Source of the DNA: Candidatus Cloacimonadales bacterium | Lineage (GTDB): Bacteria > Cloacimonadota > Cloacimonadia > Cloacimonadales > JAFGVF01 | Reading direction: 5' to 3' | DNA length: 64,000 nucleotides | NCBI GenBank assembly: GCA_963662585.1 | Contig: OY759729.1 | Coordinates: 2,880,001-2,944,000 of the forward strand | Shown: piece after piece, positions 10,460 to 20,564 of the stretch | How positions within the stretch are numbered: position 1 is the first letter of the stretch | How the letters are laid out: every line of letters starts with the position of its first letter | The notes under the pieces: generated by a model | Told to the model about the DNA's origin: nothing | Seen by the model: the letters and a program-made list of their open reading frames with translations, nothing else | Database searches by the model: none | Made by a program: the position numbers and the translations under genes

Positions 10460-12352
10460 ATGGAAGGTACTTTTAATCAATCAATTATGGACAAACTGCA
10501 GAAAGCAACAAATGAAGCCCGTGGAAGTATTTTGAAAATGACAACTTTAGCTAAGTCAGGGCATCCGGGTGGATCCATGTCCACAATAGACTTATTAATG
10601 TCAGTCTATGAAATAGCCAATATAAATCCACAAAATTATAGAAATGAAAATCGTGATATAGTAGTTGTGAGTAATGGGCATATTTCACCGGCAGTCTATT
10701 CTGCTTTGGCCAATAAAGGATTTTTTGCCATTGAAGATGCAATTTCTCAATTTAGGTTAGCTGGAAGTACTTTTGAAGGACATATTGAAAGAACTGTTCC
10801 TGGAGTAGAGTGGGGAACAGGAAACTTAGGACAAGGTTTATCTGCTGCTTGCGGTTTTGCTCTTTCTGCCAAATTAAAGGGAATCGATAACCATACTTTC
10901 GTCTTTATGGGTGATGGTGAGCAACAAAAAGGTCAAATTGGCGAAGCAAGAAGATTTGCTGTAAAATATGACTTAAGCAATATTACTGTTATAGTTGATT
11001 ATAATAAATTACAGATTTCTGGAGATATTTCAGATGTAATGCCTCAAGATATTAGAGATAATTTCCTATCTGATGGTTGGGAAGTAATTGAAATTGACGG
11101 ACATGATTTTAAAGAAATTAGCAATGCCTTGTATGATGCTAAAGAGAATGAAGCTCCAGTAATGATTCTAGCTAATACAATTATGGGAAAAGGTGTTTCT
11201 TTCATGGAAAACAAAGCAGGTTTCCATGGTGCTCCTTTGAATAATGATCAGTTGAATGATGCCTTAATAGAGTTAAATGTAGAAAATGATTTTGCCCATT
11301 TAACAGAACTCAGAAAAGATTTTACTCATAGATCTCACCCTGAAGTAAATCACTTTAATCCTGATTTAACTGAAGGAGAATATCGCCTTTATGAAAAATC
11401 AACCGATAACCGTTCAGCTTGGGGTAATGCTTTAGTTGATTTAGAAAATAGCAATAAAGAATCACAGACCCCTATTGTAGTGTTTGATTGTGATTTGGCT
11501 GGTAGTGTAAAGACTGCTGATTTTGCTAAAATAGCTCCAGAAAGATTTATTCAATCTGGTATTATGGAGCACAATACTTCTGTAGTTGCTGGTGTATTAT
11601 CAACATGCAATTTCCAGACATTCTGGGCAGATTTTGGTGTGTTTGGGATTGATGAAGTTTATAACATGCATAGATTAACAGATATTAATCAAGGAAACCT
11701 TAAGGTTGTAGTAACTCATGTTGGTTTAGATGTAGGTGAAGATGGAAAGACTCACCAATGCATTGATTATATTGGAGCAATGAGAAATATCTTTGGTTTC
11801 AAAGTAATTGTTCCTGCAGATCCAAATCAAACAGATAGAGCTGTTAGATACATGGGAACTAACCCTGGTAATATGGTTATTGCTATGGGTAGATCAAAGC
11901 TAGCTCCTCTTACTAAAGAAAATGGTGAGATTTTCTTCGATAAAAATTATAAATTTGAATATGGTAAGGCAGATAGAATTAGAAGAGGAGAAAAAGGTGC
12001 AATTATAGTTACTGGAACTCTGGCTAATACTGCCGTAAAAGTGGCTGATTCTTTAAAAGAAAAAGGTATAAATCTCCAAGTATGGAACATTTCTTCTCCT
12101 TTAGAGATAGATTTAACAGCTTTAAAAGAAGCAGTCCAAACAGGACTTATTTTTACTCTAGAAGACCATAATGCAAATTCAGGTTTAGGTCTTTCAATAG
12201 CTGAAGCTATAGTAGAGAATCAATTGAAAGCTAAATTAGTAAAATTTGGGGTTAATAATTATGCTGTTTCAGGAAGTTCTGATGATGTATTTAGACTTTG
12301 TGGCTTAGATGAAGTTACCCTGGAGAAAAAAATATTAGATGAAATTAAATAA
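10460..12352 (+). CDS. tkt: Transketolase (single-chain)
   Basis: SGHPGGSMS, SNGH, GNLGQG, GDGEQQKG TPP-binding motif, GEDGKTHQ; AGGAG RBS; TTGACA at 10394. Confidence 0.93.
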   Translation: MEGTFNQSIMDKLQKATNEARGSILKMTTLAKSGHPGGSMSTIDLLMSVYEIANINPQNYRNENRDIVVVSNGHISPAVYSALANKGFFAIEDAISQFRLAGSTFEGHIERTVPGVEWGTGNLGQGLSAACGFALSAKLKGIDNHTFVFMGDGEQQKGQIGEARRFAVKYDLSNITVIVDYNKLQISGDISDVMPQDIRDNFLSDGWEVIEIDGHDFKEISNALYDAKENEAPVMILANTIMGKGVSFMENKAGFHGAPLNNDQLNDALIELNVENDFAHLTELRKDFTHRSHPEVNHFNPDLTEGEYRLYEKSTDNRSAWGNALVDLENSNKESQTPIVVFDCDLAGSVKTADFAKIAPERFIQSGIMEHNTSVVAGVLSTCNFQTFWADFGVFGIDEVYNMHRLTDINQGNLKVVVTHVGLDVGEDGKTHQCIDYIGAMRNIFGFKVIVPADPNQTDRAVRYMGTNPGNMVIAMGRSKLAPLTKENGEIFFDKNYKFEYGKADRIRRGEKGAIIVTGTLANTAVKVADSLKEKGINLQVWNISSPLEIDLTALKEAVQTGLIFTLEDHNANSGLGLSIAEAIVENQLKAKLVKFGVNNYAVSGSSDDVFRLCGLDEVTLEKKILDEIK

Positions 12353-13268
12353 CAAAGTTATAATTAAAGTTGTCATTATTATTATGGCAACTTTAATTAT
12401 CCTCAGCTGTGGTACCAATAATGTTGTTACTAATAATGATGTTATCACAGAATATAATGAGGATGTGGTAAAAGTTGCAACATGGAATTTGAAAGAGTTT
12501 CCTCTGACTGATAATACTATTAATGAATTACAGAACTTAATTCCTCAATTAAATGCAGATGTTTTCGCTATTCAAGAAGTAACAAGTACTTCAGAATTTA
12601 ATCTATTAGATAGCTATCTTAATGATTATAGTGTTCTTTACACAGAAACATATATATATGATCCAAGTGATGAGGATAGTTATTATAATCCTGTCTTAGG
12701 TTATATTTATAATAATCAGAGAGTGACTGTTAATGCTAGTTATGAAATCTTTAAAGGGGATAGTAGATTATTTCCTAGAGAGCCCTTTGTTCTAGATGTA
12801 ACTTGGAAAGGTATTAACTTTATTCTTATCAATAATCACTTGAAAGCAGGTGGAGATAATTACTTAAACGAATCTGATGAATGGGATGAAGAGACAAGAC
12901 GGAGAGATGCTTTGGATGCTCTTCATAACTATATTGTAGAGCACTTTAGTGATAAGAATGTGCTTCTTATGGGAGACTTTAATGACCAGTTTCATGAACC
13001 TATAGAAACAAATGTCTTTACAGCTTTTATAAATGATGATAATTTTGTATTCGCAGATTATGAAATGAGTTTAGACAGTGCTGATTTCTCTTATCCAGGT
13101 TGGCCTTCTCATCTTGATCATATAATAATTAATGATAATTTAGTAGATGTATTTGCTAAACCCTTGTCTGATTGTTATACTATTAAGTATGATAAAATAA
13201 TGAGTAATTACATTACTAGTATTTCAGACCACAGGCCTGTAATCATTGAATTAGACTATAAAAACTAA
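12339..13268 (+). CDS. Endonuclease/exonuclease/phosphatase (DNase I-like) family lipoprotein
   Basis: Lipobox ILSC; ATWN, AIQEV, NNHLK, GDFN, LDHI, SDH.PV motifs. Confidence 0.88.
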   Translation: MKLNNKVIIKVVIIIMATLIILSCGTNNVVTNNDVITEYNEDVVKVATWNLKEFPLTDNTINELQNLIPQLNADVFAIQEVTSTSEFNLLDSYLNDYSVLYTETYIYDPSDEDSYYNPVLGYIYNNQRVTVNASYEIFKGDSRLFPREPFVLDVTWKGINFILINNHLKAGGDNYLNESDEWDEETRRRDALDALHNYIVEHFSDKNVLLMGDFNDQFHEPIETNVFTAFINDDNFVFADYEMSLDSADFSYPGWPSHLDHIIINDNLVDVFAKPLSDCYTIKYDKIMSNYITSISDHRPVIIELDYKN

Positions 13269-13345
13269 GAGAAATTAGAATTACTGACTAGGAATAGGCA
13301 ATAAAAGTAAAAAAGTTATAAATTACAATAATTAGATTTTTTAAT

Positions 13346-13717
13346 ATGGAGATAATTATGAATAAGAAAATCTTAATCGTAGATGATGATCAGTTATTAA
13401 GAGATGTTGTAGGACAGTATTTATCCAAGAATGGTTATCAAGTGGAGATTCCAAATTCTGCTTTAGAAGCAATAGAAGTTTTTAAAGCAGGTGAGTTCTC
13501 TTTAGCAATAATAGACTTAGTAATGCCTGATATCGGCGGAATAGAATTAATGGAAGCACTCATTTCCAAGGACCCAAACCTAAGAATCGTTATCATGACT
13601 GGTTATCCTACAGTTGATAGTGCTTATAAAGCAATGGTTGATGGTGTCTTTGAATATATTATCAAGCCTTTCAGAATGAAAGAATTATTAGAGGTTGCCC
13701 AAAAGCTAATTGGATAA
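13346..13717 (+). CDS. Single-domain response regulator
   Basis: ILIVDDD, IIDLVMP, MTG, IKPF receiver motifs; true start may be 13358. Confidence 0.92.
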   Translation: MEIIMNKKILIVDDDQLLRDVVGQYLSKNGYQVEIPNSALEAIEVFKAGEFSLAIIDLVMPDIGGIELMEALISKDPNLRIVIMTGYPTVDSAYKAMVDGVFEYIIKPFRMKELLEVAQKLIG

Positions 13718-14645
13718 GATGAAGTTAGTTGTTAAAACACATAAAATAGCCGATTTCTCTAAACAGGACTTGATAACAAATACTTACCTTAAAGCTGACT
13801 TTCTTTCTTTATTAAGAAAGTACTTTAAATTAGATGTTAATTATCTAGTGGTAACTAATATAGATTTACAGGAAATTGTTGCTATCACACTCTCGGTCGA
13901 AAAGAAGATTTTGGGAATTTCTTCATTGATTAATCCCCAAATAATCTATTACCAACCGATAGAATTTTTCTCTTTAGACAGAAAAAATCCTAATGAAAAT
14001 CAACTAATTGAAATTGAAATATTCAAGAATATTTCTGCATATTATAACAAATACTATTTTAAAGTATCTAAAAATCTATCTCCAGAAATTGAAGATGTTA
14101 GAGGCTTTGTTTGGTCAGGAATGACTGCCCTTCCTCTTTATACTTATAGATTTAATTTAGCTACATACTCTTCAGATAACTTTTTTCGTAAACAGAGAGC
14201 TTCTCTGAGAAAAGCTGAGAAATTAGCTTATAAATTCATTCAGGAAGTAAATATCCCTAGCTTTTTAGAATTAGTCAAGGGAACTAAGCAAAGACAAGAT
14301 TGGAATTTTAATTTTAGTGATGATGTATTAACAAACTATCTTACTGATTTGTTAAAATTTGGTTTCATTCAGCAATTTAGTATTATCAATCAAGCAGGTT
14401 TTGTTGTTTCTACAATGTTTTGTTTGATGGATAAACAGAATAAAATAGCTTATGCTTGGTTGGCTGCAACAGATGTCAAAGAACTATCCAATGGAGTCTC
14501 AACTCTACTATTTCATTCTATTTGTGAGTATTTAAAAGCAGAGTATGATATTTTCGATCTCTGTGGTGCCAATACCGATACTATTGCTAGGTTTAAAGCT
14601 TCTCTAGGAGCTGAATTAAAAGTATTTTATAGAATTAAACTTTAA
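13710..14645 (+). CDS. GNAT-fold / FemAB-like acyltransferase
   Basis: R.SLRKAEK, FDLCGAN...IARFK.SLGA C-terminal motif typical of FemAB-related GNATs. Confidence 0.7.
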   Translation: MDKMKLVVKTHKIADFSKQDLITNTYLKADFLSLLRKYFKLDVNYLVVTNIDLQEIVAITLSVEKKILGISSLINPQIIYYQPIEFFSLDRKNPNENQLIEIEIFKNISAYYNKYYFKVSKNLSPEIEDVRGFVWSGMTALPLYTYRFNLATYSSDNFFRKQRASLRKAEKLAYKFIQEVNIPSFLELVKGTKQRQDWNFNFSDDVLTNYLTDLLKFGFIQQFSIINQAGFVVSTMFCLMDKQNKIAYAWLAATDVKELSNGVSTLLFHSICEYLKAEYDIFDLCGANTDTIARFKASLGAELKVFYRIKL

Positions 14646-14648
14646 CTA

Positions 14649-14676
14649 TTGACTTATTTATTATTCTCTGCATAAT
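14649..14676 (+). promoter_or_regulatory. Putative sigma70 promoter for ddl cluster
   Basis: TTGACT-16 bp-CATAAT upstream of GAGG RBS. Confidence 0.45.
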
Positions 14677-14714
14677 TTGTTCAATTAATAAACATTAAGA
14701 ACAATAGAGGATAT

Positions 14715-15638
14715 ATGAGAAAAATTGTGATAATTGAAGGTGGTACTTCTAGTGAGAGAACCGTCTCTTTAAATAGTGCTAATGAGATTTTTAAAGCCTT
14801 GGATTCTAGTTATTATGAATGCAAGAGAATTGATCCCCTTAATTATGAAAGTGTTGAAGAGTTTATAAGACAAATCAGAACAGAAAATCCCTTAATAGTA
14901 TTCAATGCTCTCCATGGTGGTGATGGAGAAAATGGTAATATGCAAGCACTTTTAGAAATGGCCAACTTGCCTTTTACAGGTTCAGGCTCACTATCAAGCA
15001 AACTAGCAATGGATAAGTATGTATCAAAATTGATAGCCAAAGATTTAAATATTCCCATTCCACAAGCCATTATAATCGATAAAAACACTTGCTTAGATAA
15101 TTTAAAAATTGACTTCCAAACTCCCTATATAGTAAAACCTAATAGTGGGGGCTCTTCAGTAGGAATTACTAAAGTTGAAAATATAAAAGATTTAGCAGAG
15201 GCTGTAAATTCGGCCTTAGAATTTGATGATAAGGCCCTGATTGAAGAATTTATACCAGGAAAAGAGATTACTGTAACTATTTTGGGAAATCAAACTTACC
15301 CACCTATAGAAATTAGACCTAAGAATGGCTGGTATGATTATCAAAATAAATACACTAAAGGCAATACTGAATATATATGTCCAGCGGAAATCTCAGCAGA
15401 TAATACTAGCAAAGTAGAAGAAATGGCTTATAATTTCTTCAAGAGAATATCTGGTAAAGTTTATGGAAGAGTAGATTTTAGATTCGATGGGAAAGAATTC
15501 TATTTTCTTGAAGCTAATACTCTTCCAGGAATGACTTCGTTAAGTCTAACTCCGATGGCTGTAAGAAGCAAAGGAATTGATTTTAAAACACTACTGATAA
15601 AAATAATTGATTTATCTCTCTCTAAGGAGGAGTTATGA
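14715..15638 (+). CDS. ddl: D-alanine--D-alanine ligase
   Basis: GGTSSERTVS, ALHGGDGENG, MDK, VKP.SGGSSVG, YDYQNKY, RVDF, EANTLPGMT. Confidence 0.96.
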   Translation: MRKIVIIEGGTSSERTVSLNSANEIFKALDSSYYECKRIDPLNYESVEEFIRQIRTENPLIVFNALHGGDGENGNMQALLEMANLPFTGSGSLSSKLAMDKYVSKLIAKDLNIPIPQAIIIDKNTCLDNLKIDFQTPYIVKPNSGGSSVGITKVENIKDLAEAVNSALEFDDKALIEEFIPGKEITVTILGNQTYPPIEIRPKNGWYDYQNKYTKGNTEYICPAEISADNTSKVEEMAYNFFKRISGKVYGRVDFRFDGKEFYFLEANTLPGMTSLSLTPMAVRSKGIDFKTLLIKIIDLSLSKEEL

Positions 15639-16759
15639 AAAGAATTATAGTTTTTCTTCTCTTTTTTGTTTTTATTACAACTATATTTGCTAATAATGCT
15701 TATGTTGTAAGACTCTCTTGTACTCAACCGGTTCTGAATATTCTTAAGGTTAGCTATTTTGATCCTGCTGAACCATATTCGCAACCAACATTATTTTGTT
15801 TAACGACAACAATCCCACCTCAACATGAAAATGATAGTAATGACTTTGCTTCCTATGAACTGAGTGTTGATTTTTTCTGGAACGGTGATAGATTAACAGG
15901 GACAACCTTAAATCCAGTAGATTACCCAAGTTTATCTAATGAATTTGGTAGGCTTTTTTCTGTTACTAATAGAGACTTGATTACCTCAACAGATAACAAT
16001 TTCTTCGAGGCTGATGGTGGTTTTTCTTTTGATGATATTATTGATAGCAATCCTAAATTTAAAGATTTTGTTTTAGAGACTGGAAGATTTCCTGATGGAA
16101 ATTATAGAATCGATATAGCTTTAACACCAGAAGACGAAGGACTTTATCAGGGAGATCAGGCAAGTGTCAGCTTCTCAGTAAGAGGAATTCAATCAGTAAG
16201 AGTAATTTCTCCTGGAGTTACTGTAGGCTCAACCAATATTCCTACCAAATTCCAACCTATTATTTTCAATTGGACTACATCAGGATTCAATAATAACTTT
16301 ATCATAGAAATTAAAGAATTTGATCAAATCTATGAATTAGACCCAACTAATATCGAATACAATGGCCGAGTTGTCGAGTCTCAAGAAGTATATAATAATA
16401 CTATCTATAATCCTACTTTTGCTTTTCAAGAAGATAAATATTACGCTTGGCGTGCTAAAGTTAAATTTGTTGGGGAGGAATCTCTAAATCAAGAGGGATA
16501 TGAGCAATACTTAGCTAGTAGTTATCATGTATTTAAGTTTGGTTGTGCTCCTAATGTTGATATTCCTAATCCTTTCCAAGAGGAGCTCTTTAATAATCTT
16601 CTAAATTTAAATATTGCTGAGATTAATGCCCTAATAGAAGCTGGTTATTTCCCTAAAGACGGTATTCAACTTAATGGCCAAACAATTTATGGCAAAGAAG
16701 CTGTCGATAAACTCAGAGCATTATTCATGACTTATGATATCGAAGTTAGTGTAGAATAA
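15635..16759 (+). CDS. Secreted hypothetical protein, probable Ig/Fn3-like folds
   Basis: Signal peptide; P.G.Y.I.I and Y(A)WR.K beta-sandwich-like patterns; overlaps ddl stop (ATGA). Confidence 0.5.
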   Translation: MKRIIVFLLFFVFITTIFANNAYVVRLSCTQPVLNILKVSYFDPAEPYSQPTLFCLTTTIPPQHENDSNDFASYELSVDFFWNGDRLTGTTLNPVDYPSLSNEFGRLFSVTNRDLITSTDNNFFEADGGFSFDDIIDSNPKFKDFVLETGRFPDGNYRIDIALTPEDEGLYQGDQASVSFSVRGIQSVRVISPGVTVGSTNIPTKFQPIIFNWTTSGFNNNFIIEIKEFDQIYELDPTNIEYNGRVVESQEVYNNTIYNPTFAFQEDKYYAWRAKVKFVGEESLNQEGYEQYLASSYHVFKFGCAPNVDIPNPFQEELFNNLLNLNIAEINALIEAGYFPKDGIQLNGQTIYGKEAVDKLRALFMTYDIEVSVE

Positions 16760-16764
16760 GGGAG

Positions 16765-18123
16765 ATGATTATGAAAAAAATATTAACAATTACTTTATTA
16801 TTATTTGCTTGTTTTATGATGGCAGAAGATATTGCAATATTCACTAAAATACAGGGTGAAGTATATAGTGTGCAAGATACAATAAAGACTTTTCACCAGC
16901 AGGGAGATTTTATTGGAAATAATTCTACTATCTACTCTAATGCTGACTCTTATGCTCTTCTTCAATATAAATTCACCAATGGATCATTAAGGATATTTCC
17001 CAACTCAGTAGTTAGTATAATTAGTCTTGATAGTTTAAATACTAAAGTTTCGCTTTCTGGCGGTAAGATACTTAATGATTTAAAAGATAAAATTACAGGT
17101 TCCTACACTGTTGAAACAAACTCAACAGTTGCCTCAGTTCGTGGTACCGCTTTTGAAGTGTTCATAACCGAAGAGGGAACCGATGTAAAAGTTGTAAATG
17201 GTAATGTGGATGTTTTAAACAAGATATCAGGGAAAAGCCATTCTTTAGGAGCAAATCAAAGATTAATCTCTCGTAATAGTGGAGAATTGATTGAACTTAC
17301 ACCTGAAGGTAATCCTCTCCCAGCTCCAGAAGATGAAAAGGAAGAACCTAGTGAATCTTCTAATCAAAGCAGAAATAATAACTTAAGTTCACCTAATGAT
17401 CTTTCATCACCTCCTTCTGACATTAGCTCAATTAGGCCAACGGTTGTAAAAACAGAAACTCCAGTTAAAACTACTCCTAAAGAAGAAGTGAAAACAGAAT
17501 CAGATACATCTGAATTCTACCCAATTGCTGTAGTTCTAAAGATTAAAGGGGAGCTTCTTCTAATTAGAAATGACCAAGAATTAGAATGTCCAGTAGGAAC
17601 TATCTTGCAGAGTAATGATAAAGTTAGAACTGCTGATAACTCTTTAGCTTTAGTCAAATTTGTCGATAATAGTAGTCAAATCAGAATCTTCTCTAATAGT
17701 GAAGTGATTATCAATGCTGAGCATGACAAGGAATTGTTGAATAAGAACTTAGATCTAAAAGGTGGCTCAATTCTTTCTAATGTGAATAAAAAGATTGTAG
17801 GAAAATATTCTGTCTCAACTTCATCCACTATTGCCTCAGTCCGAGGTACTGAATTCTTAGTTGAGTTAATAGATGGTATTACTAGGGTTATCGGTTTCTC
17901 AGGTCAAGTTGAGGTAGAGAACAAAGAAACAGGTGAGAAAGTTATGGTAACTAAAGGTAACACTGCTACATCTAAAGAGGATGGTACTCTGGATAGGCAA
18001 GAAACTGGTGAGATTCCTGCTGATGTGAATGAAGAATTGCAGTCAATTGAGTATGAAAATACAATGAAAATAAATTTTGAAAATGAAGATGGTTCAATCA
18101 AAACAATTATCTTAGAGTACTAG
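16765..18123 (+). CDS. Secreted protein with two FecR domains
   Basis: Signal peptide; two repeats each with (I)xT..NS.AL..F...S.(L/I)RIF.NS.V and T...(V/I)ASVRGT.F; Ser/Pro/Glu-rich linker. Confidence 0.85.
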   Translation: MIMKKILTITLLLFACFMMAEDIAIFTKIQGEVYSVQDTIKTFHQQGDFIGNNSTIYSNADSYALLQYKFTNGSLRIFPNSVVSIISLDSLNTKVSLSGGKILNDLKDKITGSYTVETNSTVASVRGTAFEVFITEEGTDVKVVNGNVDVLNKISGKSHSLGANQRLISRNSGELIELTPEGNPLPAPEDEKEEPSESSNQSRNNNLSSPNDLSSPPSDISSIRPTVVKTETPVKTTPKEEVKTESDTSEFYPIAVVLKIKGELLLIRNDQELECPVGTILQSNDKVRTADNSLALVKFVDNSSQIRIFSNSEVIINAEHDKELLNKNLDLKGGSILSNVNKKIVGKYSVSTSSTIASVRGTEFLVELIDGITRVIGFSGQVEVENKETGEKVMVTKGNTATSKEDGTLDRQETGEIPADVNEELQSIEYENTMKINFENEDGSIKTIILEY

Positions 18124-18129
18124 GGGGAT

Positions 18130-20559
18130 ATGATGAAAAAGATTATACTATTTGTTTTATTAGTATTGAGTGTTGCACTATATTCTGAGATAAGCATTGA
18201 TCATACAGAACCATATATTGCTTATAGAGATTCAATAATCAATCTGGATATAACAATTGAGGGTAATTGGCAAGATGTAACTGAAGTAAATATCTATTAT
18301 CGTGAGAGAGGTGATGTTGCTTTTAGTACTTTAAGTATAGACCCTCAATCAAGCCAAAATGGTGATTATGAAGCAGCTATTTCTGTCTCAGAGTTTTCTC
18401 GAGGAATAGAATATTACATTGAAGCTATAACCCTAGATGGTAGCCTAAAAACTTATCCTGAGAATCAACCAACATTAAGTCCGATTATGGTTCAAATTAT
18501 TGATAATGTAATGAACACTGATTTTGTTGTTCTCAATGATTTAAAAGATATTGAAGAAGGAACTGAATTTTCTTTATCAATCTCTCTTTTCAATATCCAA
18601 GATAAACTAGACTACAATACTATAAAGATCTTTAGAAATGGCAAAAATGTGACTAAAGATCTAATAATAACACCAACACTCTTAGTCTATAATGTTAGGA
18701 AACTAAAGAAGAGTTTTAATTTTCAAATTACTGCCCAAACACTTGCTGGGGAAGCACTGGATTCAGGTGAGCTAAGGGTGGAAGTTAAACAGAAAATGTT
18801 TGCTTATGAACTACCATTTAACCTAAGAGGAAGTGTTAACTACAAAGGAAATACTAATAAGTTCTCTTATGATGATTCTAATAACCAAGGGAGTGAAGAA
18901 TCTACTAATACCCATAGTGCTATTTTTAATGTTAGTGGACATAGTAAATTCGTTCGACTTAATTCTAGGATTTATCTCTCTTCTTTAGAAGACTCTGATA
19001 GACAAGCAATAAATCGTTACTCATTTGATGTAAAAGTTCCTCACTATAATTTATATCTTGGGGACGAGACTCCTTATTTATCTGAATTAACTTTAAATAG
19101 TACAAATGTTAGAGGATTTGGTAGTAAATTACACTTCAAATATTTCTTACTTGAAGGATATTGGGGAAATAGTGCTCGCGAAATCTCAACTAAAGAAGAA
19201 AACGGGATTTATATTCCAGGTACATTTAAGAGGGAAACAGGAGCAGTTAGATTAGCTTTCGGTAATCAAAATGCTTTCCAATTCGGTTTTAATTTAGCCA
19301 AGAATAAAGATAGAATTTCTTCACTTAACTACTCAGATTATTATATCCCTCAATTTACTTCATCCAATGAAGATGATGAAGAGAGTGAAACTGATAAGCA
19401 AATCATTAATCCTATTGATAATCTTGTCTTCTCTACTGATTTTAAACTTACTAGTCCTAGAAAGTTATATACTTTCGGAGCAGAAATTGCTATGAGTGCT
19501 TATAATTCAAATATCATTGATGGCGCAATATCTCAAGAAGAGCTAGAAAATGATATCGGCGAGGATTTGCCTTTTGACCCTGAATCTTTAGATGGCTTCT
19601 TTATAATTAATAAGAATACGGAACCATTAAGTATATCTTCTGCAAACCTTGCTTATAAAATCTATAGCAGTCTGTATATTGCTGGAAATTTATTCAGTTT
19701 AAATTACTCACAGACAGGTAGCGCTTTCAACTCACTTTCCGCAAAAAATGTTAATCCTAATACTAAAGAACTCACTTTCTCAGATAATATTAATTTCCAC
19801 AATACTGTTTTTGTTGATTTCTCTTATAGTAGAGTAAGTGATAATATCTCTGAAAACTTAGCAACAACTAATGTATATAGTAATTATAGCTTAAATTCTC
19901 TATTCCGCAGAGATAAACTACCTATACTTAGATTTAGTTTTAATAAAGGTAGAACTAGTATTGAGAACAATGATAATATTGAAATTTCTGAAGATTTTGA
20001 TGAATCCCAAGAATTTAGAACTATAGCTTATGGTGCTGGTATTGGCTATGATTTTGATATGGTCCCCTATGTCCCTTTTAACATAGATTTTGATTATCAA
20101 ACTAGCCTTGATGAAGATGATTTACGAGATGCTTATAAGTATGAAAACAATAGTTTTTATTTCAGATATCGTTCTAAAATGACAGAGATTCCTCTTTCAA
20201 CAGAAGTAAATTTTGGTATAACCAAATCAGTAGGCCATATTTCTGGTTACGGCGAGGAAGATAGTGCTTATTACCAAAAGGAAAAATGGGATAAATCTTC
20301 CGCAAGAATAAAAGTCCAATATGAATTACTTGATTCTATGATTGTGCCATTCTTCGATTATAGAATTAATAATAATGAGAATGAAGATGATAGTGATTTA
20401 AATAATAGCTATTCTGCTACATCCTTGGGGTTAAGTTATTACCCATTCAAACTAACTTCTCTAACTTCAAGCTTTACCCTAAAAGATAAAAGCTATGAAA
20501 GAGAAGGAGCTGATTATTCATCAGTAAATTGGTATCTTAATATCATTCAGAAATTCTAA
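18130..20559 (+). CDS. Probable outer-membrane beta-barrel protein with N-terminal Ig-like region
   Basis: Signal peptide; I.H.../V.IYYR/IEYYIEA Ig-like start; alternating amphipathic strands; C-terminal Phe (WYLNIIQKF). Confidence 0.6.
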   Translation: MMKKIILFVLLVLSVALYSEISIDHTEPYIAYRDSIINLDITIEGNWQDVTEVNIYYRERGDVAFSTLSIDPQSSQNGDYEAAISVSEFSRGIEYYIEAITLDGSLKTYPENQPTLSPIMVQIIDNVMNTDFVVLNDLKDIEEGTEFSLSISLFNIQDKLDYNTIKIFRNGKNVTKDLIITPTLLVYNVRKLKKSFNFQITAQTLAGEALDSGELRVEVKQKMFAYELPFNLRGSVNYKGNTNKFSYDDSNNQGSEESTNTHSAIFNVSGHSKFVRLNSRIYLSSLEDSDRQAINRYSFDVKVPHYNLYLGDETPYLSELTLNSTNVRGFGSKLHFKYFLLEGYWGNSAREISTKEENGIYIPGTFKRETGAVRLAFGNQNAFQFGFNLAKNKDRISSLNYSDYYIPQFTSSNEDDEESETDKQIINPIDNLVFSTDFKLTSPRKLYTFGAEIAMSAYNSNIIDGAISQEELENDIGEDLPFDPESLDGFFIINKNTEPLSISSANLAYKIYSSLYIAGNLFSLNYSQTGSAFNSLSAKNVNPNTKELTFSDNINFHNTVFVDFSYSRVSDNISENLATTNVYSNYSLNSLFRRDKLPILRFSFNKGRTSIENNDNIEISEDFDESQEFRTIAYGAGIGYDFDMVPYVPFNIDFDYQTSLDEDDLRDAYKYENNSFYFRYRSKMTEIPLSTEVNFGITKSVGHISGYGEEDSAYYQKEKWDKSSARIKVQYELLDSMIVPFFDYRINNNENEDDSDLNNSYSATSLGLSYYPFKLTSLTSSFTLKDKSYEREGADYSSVNWYLNIIQKF

Positions 20560-20564
20560 TAAAA

